A stretch of DNA of 64,000 nucleotides from Eledone cirrhosa. Lineage: Eukaryota. Below are positions 43,731-56,593 of this stretch, one piece after another. The first letter of the stretch is position 1, and every line of letters starts with the position of its first letter. Both the position numbers and the translations under genes were made by a program. The notes beneath the pieces are model-generated. The model did not search any database. It was given only the letters and a program-made list of their open reading frames with translations, and was not told where the DNA came from. The stretch is from positions 25,606,001 to 25,670,000 of the forward strand of contig OZ024743.1 in the NCBI GenBank assembly GCA_964016885.1, in the 5' to 3' direction.

Positions 43731-45080
43731 ATGATTACACATGATTTAGGAATAAAGGCGGTTAAATACTGGGTGGAAAAACATAGAGAAGTGATTCCCA
43801 TTAGATTCACAGCGCCATTTATATTAGACGCAGTTAAACTTATTCTGGAAAACAACACTTTCTTCTTCAATGGAAAGAATTACATCCAAATTAGAGGCAC
43901 AGCGATGGGAACGAAGTTTGCTCCCGTTTACGCGAACTCTGTAATGGGATACTTAGAACAACAACTCTACCAAGAAATAGAGGAAAAATATAGTACTGAC
44001 TTTAGAAAGTACATTGAAAAATCTTGGAAGAGATACCTTGACGACTGTTTCATCATCTGGACAGAATCTCTAGATACTCTGGATGAGTTCAATATCCTCC
44101 TGAATAACCTACACCCATCTCTCCAATTCACAAAAGAGATGAGTAGGACCAAATTACCATTCCTAGATATAATGATAATCAAAAACGACACCACCATTAC
44201 CACGGATATATATTATAAACACACAGACACCCATCAATATCTGAATTTTAAGTCGTGCCATCCACCTCATACAAAACGCAACATCCCATACTGCCTAGCC
44301 AGAAGAATTTGTACCATTGTAGAAGATACGAATACCAGGTATAAACGCCTAACAGAACTAAGAGAATTTTTGCTCAAACAAAAATACCCATCTCTACTTA
44401 TAGAAAATGGCATACAGCGGGCTATAAAAATACCTATACAACAACTTAGAACAACCCAAAGAAGAAGAAACCAAGAACTGGTCATACCATTTATAATGAC
44501 ACACAACCCATGTCACCAGAATATCTTCAACACTGCCAAAGCAAACCTACCGATCATTGCTCAAAGTAATGAATTAAAAGGCTTAATCACAGATCGATCT
44601 TTGACTCTTAGTAAAAGACAGCCAAAAAATTTGAAGCAATTGCTAACAAAAGCAAAGTTTGACCTTAACAACAAAGACCAATCATTCACTGTATCTAAAT
44701 GCAATGATAATCGATGCGGCACATGTCAATCCATACACGCCGGTCAATATATGAAAACAAAAACTGGAAAAATATTCACAAATGCAAATATGAACTGCAA
44801 AAGCAGAAATCTAATTTACTGCATTAAATGCCCGAATTGTGAAGAACTATATGTCGGTCAAACTGGAAATGCACTATCGGAACGTGCACGGGTACACCGT
44901 CAACAAATCAGAGACCCAAATGTCCGTCAGATACCCCTAAGCGGCCACCTGGCAACATGTGGTCAGGGAATATTTATAATATTCCCATTCTACAAATTAC
45001 ACAGCCCAAATGAAATCAAGAGAAAAATCAAAGAAAAGAATTTTATTGATAAATTCAAACCCAAGCTAAATGAACAATAA
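43731..45080 (+). pseudogene. PLE reverse transcriptase (lacking N-terminal motifs) plus GIY-YIG endonuclease, uninterrupted 449-aa frame
   Basis: GTAMGTKFAPVYAN, RYLDDCF, LPFLDI, YYKHTDTHQYL, SCHP, IPY, CNDNRCGTC, NCKSRNLIYCIKCPNC, YVGQTG. Confidence 0.93.
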
Positions 45081-45269
45081 TAACGCCTAGGGGTATTACT
45101 TCTACTACCACTATGACCACGACCACTAACAACAACAACAACAACAATAATAATAATAATAAAAGTGATGTTGATGGTGATGATTAATAGAAAATGCTAT
45201 TTTCATCATTTCAAAAAAGCAAAACAATTGATACGTTGGATATGACTATTGGTCGTTAGCATGCTCAAC

Positions 45270-45400
45270 CAGCCGTGACGCTTAAACCAATCAGCTGTAG
45301 TAATTCAGTGAAACTACACACTGATTGGTCGAAATACAGTTTACAGGGCTTTGCATTCTGGAGCCACTTTTCTCTGTATAAAATGTATAAAAGGTAGGAA
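45270..45400 (+). promoter_or_regulatory. Putative Pol II promoter in the pLTR
   Basis: TGACGC, AACCAATCAG, CTGATTGGTC (inverted CCAAT) and TATAAAA twice, upstream of the HHR. Confidence 0.45.
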
Positions 45401-45455
45401 ATTTACCCATCTCATTACAGTTGAAAATTGCAAACTCGACTGTCACCACATATCA

Positions 45456-45494
45456 TGAACCTGAAGATTGCGAAAGCATGAAAGTACTTGTTCA
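45456..45494 (+). ncRNA. Minimal type-I hammerhead ribozyme (Neptune pLTR)
   Basis: tgaac CTGAAGA t-tgc-gaaa-gca-t GAAA gtac TT gttca; perfect stem I, GNRA-capped stem II, palindromic GUAC loop 3. Confidence 0.88.
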
Positions 45495-45632
45495 ATTAAC
45501 ACTTAGAATTTAATATTCTATCATACTATTTCATTATAATACCATTATATATATTTTAAAGGATTGTAAATAAAACGAGTAAATCAGACAAAGTTGGAAT
45601 TCCTCTTATTAATATATATATATATATATATA

Positions 45633-46459
<827 letters not shown>

Positions 46460-46526
46460 ATATCTTCTATATTTGGATTACATTGAGTTCTTCATACGGA
46501 TTGGACACTAGTTGGGAGACTTATCT

Positions 46527-46607
<81 letters not shown>

Positions 46608-46612
<5 letters not shown>

Positions 46613-46768
46613 CAAGGCTCTGATACCATCAACAGCATAAACACAGAGCTGGCATATCTAAGAACTGACTAACTGCCTGATGAGGTTATAGTCATTCAAT
46701 GGCTATCATCGAAATATATATACCAGTAAATAAAGGATTATGAGTTCATGCAATTGACTTATGTTTCG

Positions 46769-46774
<6 letters not shown>
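46608..46774 (+). mobile_element. HHR-bearing mini-element (family F4)
   Basis: Homologous to 32110-32264; (TA)n flanks. Confidence 0.85.
46672..46727 (+). ncRNA. Minimal hammerhead ribozyme (F4)
   Basis: actgc CTGATGA ggtt-atagtcatt-c-aatggctat-catc GAAA t-atat-a TA ccagt. Confidence 0.8.
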
Positions 46775-46835
<61 letters not shown>

Positions 46836-46837
<2 letters not shown>

Positions 46838-47029
46838 CGAAGGAAATGTGGTAAGGAACCAGATGGACCATAACGCACCAAAGTACTCAATACTTAGGGT
46901 AGTAGAGTGGATAATAGGGACAAATATGACCCTGACGGCAGAGCTCAAGCCGTTTCGATGACTAATTCTGGACAGAATTAGCCGTCGAAACGGCTTGAGC
47001 TCTGCCGTCGGGATCATATTTGTTCCTAT
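46836..47029. mobile_element. Family F2 fold-back element
   Basis: Arms 46914-46970 and 46973-47029 with a 2-nt apex, plus an extension of ~78 nt. Confidence 0.88.
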
Positions 47030-47318
47030 ATATATGTATTGTTATACTTTGGGAGGATCAGAAACGAAATATATATATATATATACATACATACTCAAAC
47101 ACAGAAACTGACTCCAAGAGACACACACTACAGACATGCGGCAAATATACGCATGCAAAGACAGACAGACACACCCACACAATATATATATATATATATT
47201 TGTGCAGTGCCTTTGCTCACTATAAAAGCTTCACGGCACAGGCATTACTTTATATCTGGAGATCTCTCTGCACTTGTCGTCACATGGTACCATGGGCCCA
47301 GCACTATGTGTCAATAAT

Positions 47319-47470
47319 TGTCACAAGTGTAGTGTTTGTACAAGAGTTTTCAAGTCGCTGGCTGGACTAAAAAGTCACACTCGTTCAGCGCATCGGTAGG
47401 GGTTCTGCTACATGGATATAAAGTAGTGGCCGTACTCGAAAACGAGTTGGCAGCCACCATGTATGTATGT
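47319..47470 (+). mobile_element. RTE-type LINE extreme 3' end with C2H2 finger
   Basis: CSVCTRVFKSLAGLKSHTRSAHR*, 3' hairpin CTCG-AAAA-CGAG and an (ATGT)n tail. Confidence 0.65.
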
Positions 47471-48017
47471 GTGTATGTATATTCAAACGAAAAACTGATT
47501 CCAAGAGACACACGCTGTAGACATAGTGAAAATACATATAATCACGTTGATACAGTCACAAATGTAGGAACAGACTCAGATGCCAACACATGAAAATACA
47601 CGCGCGAGGACACACACATATACACACATACACACATACACACATACACAGACACACAGACACACACACACATACACACATACACACATACACACATACA
47701 CGCACAGTCATAAACGCATGCAAACACTCATATAAGGATAAATTCATACATACACATAACCTGATACAAACAGAAAAATAGATTAATACGAACACCAACA
47801 CACACACACACACACACACACACGCATAGATACGCAAATAGACACCTGCATACACACACACAGACAAACACACGAAAGGAACCAGATACTTACAGAAACA
47901 ACGAGAATACACAAACTCATACACATTAACAAAAGCATATATGTTGTCACACATGCGTCAACACACACACACACACACACACGAACACACACACACATGC
48001 CCACACAAAACATATGC

Positions 48018-48430
48018 AAACACAACCTGCAAACACATGCACATACACACACACTCTCTCACACATACAAACACAACCTGCAAACACATGGACATACACA
48101 CACACTCTCTCACACATACAAACACAACCTGCAAACACGTGCACATACACACACACTCTCTCACACATACAAACACAACCTGCAAACACATGCACATACA
48201 CACACACTCTCTCACACATACAAACACAACCTGCAAACACATGCACATACACACACTCTCTCTCACACATACAAACACAACCTGCAAACACATGCACATA
48301 CACACACACTCTCTCACACATACAAACACAACCTGCAAACACATGCACATACACACACACTCTCTCACACATACAACCACAACCTGCAAACACATGCACA
48401 TACACACACACTCTCTCACACATACAAACA
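48018..48430. repeat. 51-bp minisatellite, about 8 near-identical units
   Basis: Unit AAACACAACCTGCAAACACATGCACATACACACACACTCTCTCACACATAC; 17-aa periodicity in the ORF track. Confidence 0.95.
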
Positions 48431-48593
48431 GAAACATATAACAACATATGCACACGAACACATATAAACATCTATACACACGTGAAGAAAAATATTTACG
48501 TTCACACACACACACACACACACACAGAAACAGACCCCAACACACAAACACACACACACACACACACTGAGAAGCAGAAGCCAACACACACAC

Positions 48594-48627
<34 letters not shown>

Positions 48628-49242
48628 TAGAGAGAGAGAAAGAGACGCCAACACACACACGCACACACACACACAGAAAGAGATGTCAACACACACACAA
48701 ACACACACACACGCACGCACACACACACGCACACGCACACACACACGCACACGCACACACACAGATAGAGAGAGAGAAAGAGACGCCAACACACACACAC
48801 ACACGCACACACACATAGAAAGAGACGCCAACACACACACAAATACACGCACACGCACACACATGCACACACACACACAGAGAGATAGAGAGAGAGAAAG
48901 AGACGCCAACACTAACACACACAAACACTCTACTTTTCTTGAAATCAATTGAGCCTTTTGTATAAGACTTGTTTGATGTAATTTTATTAATAAACTGAAA
49001 TTATCTTGGCTTTGCTGACTACCCCCTACTTCCTTCCTTCTCCCACTCTACCACATCCTAGTCTTAATTTCGTCATTACATTCCACCCATATGTAACACA
49101 TAGACGCCAAACACGATGTGGACACAGAGACACAGAGACACAGAGACACTCACACGTATGCACACATGCATACATGTGCCAAAGAAAGCTATGTATCTAA
49201 CAAATAGAAAAAGTATGTGCATGAGTATGTATATATGTATAT

Positions 49243-49404
<162 letters not shown>

Positions 49405-49420
49405 TCTGTTTACCTTTTAC

Positions 49421-49457
<37 letters not shown>

Positions 49458-50207
49458 TATTATTATTATACATACATATATATATATATATGTTATTATA
49501 CACATATATAAATACACATGCACATACTCTTTCTATTTGTTAGAAACAGTTTTCTACATATATATACATACATACATATATATATATATACATACATATA
49601 TATATATATGTGTGTGTGTATGTGTGTGTTGTCTGCCTAGTTATGTTTTAAGCATACATGTACAAATATATACACACACATATACACACATATACACACA
49701 CATGCACCGATTCATTGGGATACGACATTATTAATCGCATATGTATGCATATACACAAATCTACATACATACAAACATACAAACATACATACATACATAC
49801 ATAGGCATACAGAATTACATACATACATATATACATATATACATACATACGCATACATATACACATATTTATATACATACATATTTATATAGCGAGAGAG
49901 CAGGAGAGAGTATGAGAGAGAGTTGAAAGAGAACGATAAAGAACAATACTACCAAAATATACCATCCCCATCACAAATAACATCTCTTTTGAAACAAGTT
50001 TGTGTTTTGGGTAAATAAATGTTTTAGGCGTGTATAAGCTATCAAATACTGAATTGATGAAGGTCCTCTTAGCTGTCACTTTTAGATATCTCTATAAGTA
50101 TCACGTCCTGTAATGCTATTATATCTTTACCCTTCACCCTTTCATATACACACTTTACTCAACAGATCTCTCTACTACATACGCTCCACTTCAAATATTC
50201 CGTCAAG

Positions 50208-50690
50208 TCTTCTTCTTCTTCTTCTTCTTCTTCTTCTTCTTCTTCTTCTTCTTCTTCTTCTTCTTCTTCTTCTTCTTCTTCTTGCTCGACGAGGCCGGGG
50301 TCATCTTAAGCCAATGATCCTAAGGCATTGTCGTGCGTAGAGCCAACCAGGTCCTCCAACGCCCTCCATCGCTGTCGGTCCCGTGCCAGTTCCTCTGCAT
50401 GGTTCAAGGTGATGTCGAGCCTCTGGAAATCTTTCCTGATGATATCCAGCCATCTGGTGCGGGGCCTGCCGCAATCCCTCTTCCAGCTTCCAGCCAATGC
50501 GTCGAACGAGAGTAAGGCCCTGGTAGGATGATCTGGTGGATGATCCGTACCAACGCATGCGGCGGATAGCTACGAAGTGGGAAGCTGTGGGCTCATTCGT
50601 GCGTGCATGCAACACTTTATTGGAAACGTGGTGGTCCTATCTGATGTTGTTGATACTAGTTCCTAAACATTGTCAATTTCTTCAATTTTC
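50208..50690 (-). mobile_element. RTE-type LINE 3' end with (AAG)n tail
   Basis: RRMRWYG...GRPRTRWLDIIRKDF...LARDRQRWRAL; (CTT)n at 50208-50283. Confidence 0.88.
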
Positions 50691-51559
50691 TAAATTTACA
50701 ACAGATCTATCCCAGCTTATGGAATCACGCTACACAGTCTTTCATTTCCAGTGACAACCCAACTTCCATCCGTTTCTATTTCTTTGGTCGAAATTTTTGT
50801 TATCATACCACTCTATTGAAAGTCGAACTGGCTCATATTCTATCAATCTTGGTGTATCCCATTATTCTAGTATATTTCCAGTTTCTTCACTTTCTTTATT
50901 AAATGTTTCTTTCTATTATTTCTTATTGCGTACGGTCCTACATATTTAATACATTTCACTTCTTCTTAAGCTTCCACACAGACGCCAGCTCCAAGCAATT
51001 TATGTATTTCCCACTGTAACTTCCCAACATCTCTGAATATATACCCCGATAACTTCGTTCGATAGAGACATAACAATTTGTCCCAGATAAATAGCTGATC
51101 ACTAAAGAAACACAAGTGTGACCACGTTGCAATGTTATACATACAAACACTGTACCTCAAATAGCTGAATAGTCACATCCAATACCATTTGGCTGATTGG
51201 CAAATAGTCACTCATAAGCATACTTTAAACACTGACTAAGAGCTCACACAAATTCTAGTCTGGCCTGTCTCGTTTACCGAACTAGTAAACTATTGCCTCA
51301 CCTGCCATGAATCTTAGTAAACTTTTCACTAGAGCTGTCTTTCTCAGAACTCTTTTTAAAATTGTCCGTGTCCACCTTTTTAATTTCTTTTTCCAAGCAC
51401 CGACCAACGTTTATTCAAGCTGAGGATCAGCTGTACCTGCCACACTTGTCTGAGATATCATGCAGAGGTCATATGCACTGATACTCCTCTTCTGACTAAC
51501 TAATTATACAGAATATATGATAAAATTTGGTTGTTATTTCAAGCAGGTTGGATAGCCAC

Positions 51560-52085
51560 ATACAGATGCCCTTGTGCGCTGGTCATTGCTCAGACTGATG
51601 TGTGTACAGTATGGTTTTGCTGCTACGAAGGTCGAAACCAAGCATACTTTCTTCTTTATTCATTTATTTCTGAGAGGTTCGTGAGAGCGAAGTCATCAGA
51701 CACGCCTTGCAAGGGATCTTCTCAGAAGCAACCGTCATCAAAGTATCTAGCTGGATCTCCAAGCGAGACCAGCCGAGCTTATGGATGTAATCCAATCTTA
51801 CTCGTTGTCTGCTTCTGAGTCTCCTGCCGGTTGGCTTTGCTCGTAAAATCTGTCCTACAATTCTTTCCTTAGACATTTTAACCACATGCACCAAATGCGG
51901 GAACTGTGGTCTCTTAATGTGAAGATATAGTGGTTCTACCTGGAGCGACTTCTTGATTTCCGACCTACGTACTACCGTATATTGAATAATATTATTCAAA
52001 AGACCCTTCGAAGGAAACCCATTTCAGTCACTTGTATTCACAATCGCATTCTTTCGATCATTAGCCAAGATCCATGACTATAACT
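51560..52085 (-). mobile_element. Degenerate RTE-like LINE 3' region
   Basis: EIKKSLQVEPLYLHIKRPQ...HVVKMSKERIVGQIL.AKPTGRR.R.R.R.R..DYI pattern. Confidence 0.7.
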
Positions 52086-53749
52086 AAGGATAGGCACGGA
52101 CAACGAATTGAAAATAATGAGTTTGGCCTAACGTCTACCTCCCTTCTACGCGTTTTTGCACCAGATCCAGCAATTCTTGCATTTAATTCAGACTCTTGCC
52201 TGTCATCATTCGTGTGGGTGATAGTAATGGGAATCATAGCTCAAATGATTATCGCCCAAATAGAGACGTTATCACTTCATTTGTAAGGGAAATATGGTAG
52301 CAATGTTTATAAGGAGGAGGTTAATTGTATTATTGTATATTACAAGAAATCTGGCTGAGCATCGTGTCATTTTGTCACCATATAACCTTGTCACTTTATC
52401 ACTTTGTCACCTTGTCACGATGTCTTGTATCTGTAACATCAAAGTGGTTAGTGTTTGTGTCTTCCTAAAGGATGAGAAGAGAAGAGGTGTAGGGTAGAGT
52501 TAATGTGCGTTGGGAAGTACGTAGAGGTGGGAGTGATATAAGTTAGTATTTAAGGGAGGGAAACAAAGAGAGTGGGGAGGGGACATTGAAGAGGGGAAGG
52601 AAACATGGAGGGAGGTAATGAATGAGAATGACAAGTAAGGTGGGATTTAAGGAGTGAGTGAAGGACGGTGAATGAATGAGAGATATAGGGAGGGGAGATG
52701 GATGAAGGGAGTGAATGTGGAAGTTAAAGAGAGAATGGTGGTGGAAAGGTTTGAGTGAGTGTTGATGGCTGAGAGTTGAGATAAAGTGACACTGGAGCAA
52801 GGAGAATAGAACAGATGGAGAAGAAAAGAAAGAGAAGGCGAAAGAACATGAGAGAGTGAGGAAGAGAAAATAAGAGAGTGATTTGCTCCTGCCAACGTCT
52901 GTTTTTAGGAGACAGCGCGCGTGCGCTAGAAAACAAGACAACTGTCAACTGTCGTGTTAAGACAATGGTAGCACAGTAGGGTAAGTAGTACTTCTGGGGT
53001 GCATAGATCACTTTACTATTGTGACTTGGTCTGGTCGTACGCCTCTGACGGATAGCTGGCTGTCTGCCTGGTTGGGTGACTAGCTGGCTGGCTGGCTGGG
53101 TGGATGGTTGGGTGGCTGGGTGGATGGATTTTCATAACTTTGTCATCTAAGAAAGAGAGGAGTGAGTATGGAGGGGAGAAGAAGAGGTGAAAAACAAAGG
53201 CAGAAAGCATGTAAAAAAATACAAACAATAACAATAGCAACAACAACAGTAGAGTAAGGGTGGTAATAAACAAGGGTAGATGACGTGTAAGTGAAGGAGG
53301 TAGGTAATAGGAGAAAGTGAAGGAAAAAATCTTTAAATGATAATACTGAGGGACAGGCACGTGTAGGACATACAGCAATTGTCAGTCACATTATTTTCTT
53401 TATTTTCTTGTCTATTTGTTGTTTTCATGTGTGTGTGTTTTCCTGTTTTTTTCTCTTTCTGTTTTTCTTTCTGGCTCACTGCCTTTATTTCTTTCATTCT
53501 TCCTTGTTTGCTTTCTTTTTCTTTCTTTCTTCCCTTTCTTTCTCTTTAATGAACGTCAAAAACAATAATGGTGTCAAGAATCATAACATAATTGTATGAA
53601 ATTGTCATTTAATTTCATCTTAATTTCCAGCTCAAACAAAAAGTAGCCACCATCATCAGCCTCCTCGTTCCATGTTAATACTTCTAGATATTCTGTTACT
53701 TCTGTTACATCTGATAATGTTAGAGTGACAAATAACATGCAATAATAAA

Positions 53750-54342
53750 ATGATTTCTACTTTAGTGACAAGGCCAGTAATTTCGGAGACGGGGAAGTTG
53801 ATTATATAGACCCCAGTAGTTTACTAGTATTATATTTTTGGCAGTATCAATAGGGGGTCTGACGCCATGCTTTGCAGCAAAGAGTTACGGCCCTTTATGG
53901 TCTGAGCTCAAATTCCACCGAGGTTAACTTTGCCTTTCATCTTTACGGGGTCGATAAAATAAAGCACCAGTAATACACTGGGATAATTGCTGGCTTTGTG
54001 CCAAAAAGTAGAAACAATTATATTTTATCGACCTCGGGCGGTGGTTTGGCAGTATCGGTAGAGCGTCAGACACCAAGCTTTGCAGCATAAAGTTATGACC
54101 ATTTACGTTCTGAGTTCAAATCCCGCCGATGTTAACTTTGCCTTTTATCCTTACGGGGTCGATGAAATAAAGCACCAGTAATGAACTGGGTAATTGCTGG
54201 CCTTGTACCAAAAAGTAGAAACAATTATATTTCATCGACCGCGAAAAAATGAAAGGCAAGACAAAGTTGATCTCAGCGGGACTTGAACTCAGTACTGTTC
54301 AGTATTTCTCCAAAGCGTTAACAACTCTGCCTATCCACCGCT
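53750..54342. mobile_element. Nested SINEs: a minus-strand host with two plus-strand inserts
   Basis: Inserts at ~53839-54016 and ~54037-54223 split the host core. ATTATATTTTATCGACCTCG / ATTATATTTCATCGACCGCG duplication. Confidence 0.85.
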
Positions 54343-54567
54343 CTGTAACGTAGCGTGATAAACAAAACTATATAACTACAATCGCTCACCCACTTTTTGT
54401 GTATTGTCAAGTAATAAAAGCAAATTACTCAATACATACCTGCCTTATGAGACATTCTGTGGTGAATATCTATCAACTGTAGTTACTGATGAATATGTTT
54501 GACTAACCTCGTCTGTAGGGATATGAGAAAATATATCCGATTATAAACCACTATTGTGTGTATGTGA

Positions 54568-54667
<100 letters not shown>

Positions 54668-56304
54668 GTTTTGCGTGTGTGAACAAAGGTTAGAGGAATA
54701 TATAACCGAATGGAGTGCTCTACATCAAGTTCAGTCATACGAATAGAGTCACACTGTCTAAATATGTCAAGTGGGAAAAGATTTCAGTCAACGGTTTCAA
54801 GTCGAAGCTTCTTTTAGAAGTGTTCGGATAATGAAAAGCAAACAAATGAAACAACTCTCATCGTTTGGGCTGACCCAAGTGTCTTGGAACAATTAAGACA
54901 AATGCAGTTAGAATGAACCTTCTCTATAAACCAATTTGTCGAAAGCATGGGCCTGTTTCGATCCTATTAGAACTCCTCAGTGTGACATGTTTACTCAGCA
55001 CATAGACAAAGGAAAGGGCAAAAAACTTATATACTGCTTATGTCAAAGTAGTATCTTACATAAACAGCGCATATACATAAGCGAATAAAAAACTGTTTTC
55101 GGCTTATTTGAGGTCCAGTAGGAGGCAAGGAAGGGGATACATGACCTTGACAACGATCAATCAGCCAGAAACAGCGCTGTCGGTTGCTTCCCCATGCTCC
55201 TGCTGGAACAAGATAGGTGATATCAGCGATCACCTTTAAAATTCATAGCTAAAGGCTTTCAAATGTTTATTCATAAACATAACGTATATTATTCGATATA
55301 TATACAGCTATGTAAAAAGTTATGCTGGAGCGAATATCCTAATTCTATATATTAATATTTTCTTTAACTCGAATTTGACACTCAGTATTTATATTTACAA
55401 TATATTTGTGTCTGTTTATTTTTCTTTCCTTGTAAGTTAAATCTTTTTCGGTGTTTCTGTAAGTTTATATTGCTTTTTTATTAATGAGGTTTCCATTAAT
55501 ATCTATGTTAAAGATATCCCACACATACAGCGTCCTTGCTACCAAAAGAAGCGAGCTCTGAGGGCAGCAGAAGCATGATCAGGAATCCTGCTGTGTCCAT
55601 GACCAATTTTATATAGTGTGCTCAAGAGTTGGAACCACCCAACTAATTTTATTACTTATACCTCTAATGGTAAATCCAAAACCATAGTTTATCCCCAGTT
55701 GCTGTTATGACAATCTTAAAGTTATGATCATTACAAATCTAATGTCATTTCTTTATTTTTTCAAGTATTGCCTAAAAGCCGTTTCAATATTTGGACGGGT
55801 GGCTGGCCTCAGGGCACTTCGGTTTCCACGCGTTATAAGAATGATTATATTTCCATTCCCAGCCCTGTGGCTTCTACAGTTCTTTTTTTTTATTATTATT
55901 CTTTTAAGAATTAAATTATCCGAAGAAGAAAAAATAAAATAAAAGGAGCTGATCCATAAATCGGCCCAAGGAAACTATGTTTCCATTGGTCTTTCCATTG
56001 TTGATACTATCTGCCGGTCGCAAATCCTAGCAAAATCTGAAGAAAAAGGATAAAATATAGTTTAATAATAATTACAAATTAATTAAAATTCTTCACTTAA
56101 CCATGTGTCCTTATTTAATAAACTTGAACTAGCTATACGCCTTTTGTACAATTGAAATAGGAAGTATACAATAAATATTCAGCGCATATCTTTAACATTG
56201 TACAATAGACACCGGAAGGCTAATAATTTCTTGCACGAAAGATAAGTAGAAGTGGTATTTAATTTGTTGGAAGTCCGACAAACATAAATGTTTATAACTG
56301 ATTT

Positions 56305-56530
56305 CATGAAAATCATACCTTATCGGTTGGAAATTCACTGGATAGTGAATATCCAGTGAATTTCCAACGGATAAGGTATGATTTTCATGGGTATGTCGCT
56401 ATTTATAAAACAAACTTTGCATTTTATCTGATGAAAGCGTACCAATGTTGTCTTGGTTACCCTTGAAATATATATAATAAAATAAATATTGTTTTATAAA
56501 TATAGTTTCCATTTATTTAATATCATTGTA
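56305..56530 (+). mobile_element. Solo pLTR-like unit: 40-bp-arm hairpin followed by an HHR and (TA)n
   Basis: Arms 56305-56344 and 56350-56389; HHR at 56421-56483. Confidence 0.75.
56421..56483 (+). ncRNA. Minimal type-I hammerhead ribozyme
   Basis: attttat CTGATGA aagcgtaccaa-tgttgtc-ttggttaccctt GAAA t-atat-a TA ataaaat; perfect 7-bp stem I and palindromic loop 3. Confidence 0.85.
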
Positions 56531-56547
56531 TATATATATATATATAT

Positions 56548-56593
<46 letters not shown>

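Larger units (their letters stand above)
43737..45612 (+). mobile_element. 5'-truncated Neptune-type Penelope-like element
   Basis: ORF 43731-45080, then a pLTR with CCAAT/TATA-like boxes and an HHR, ending at (TA)n. Confidence 0.92.

Noticed and set aside
54938-54990. Minus-strand CTGAGGA-gttctaataggatc-GAAAC
   Set aside because: Stem III, the cleavage site and the 3' strand of stem I could not be completed; at best a broken HHR.
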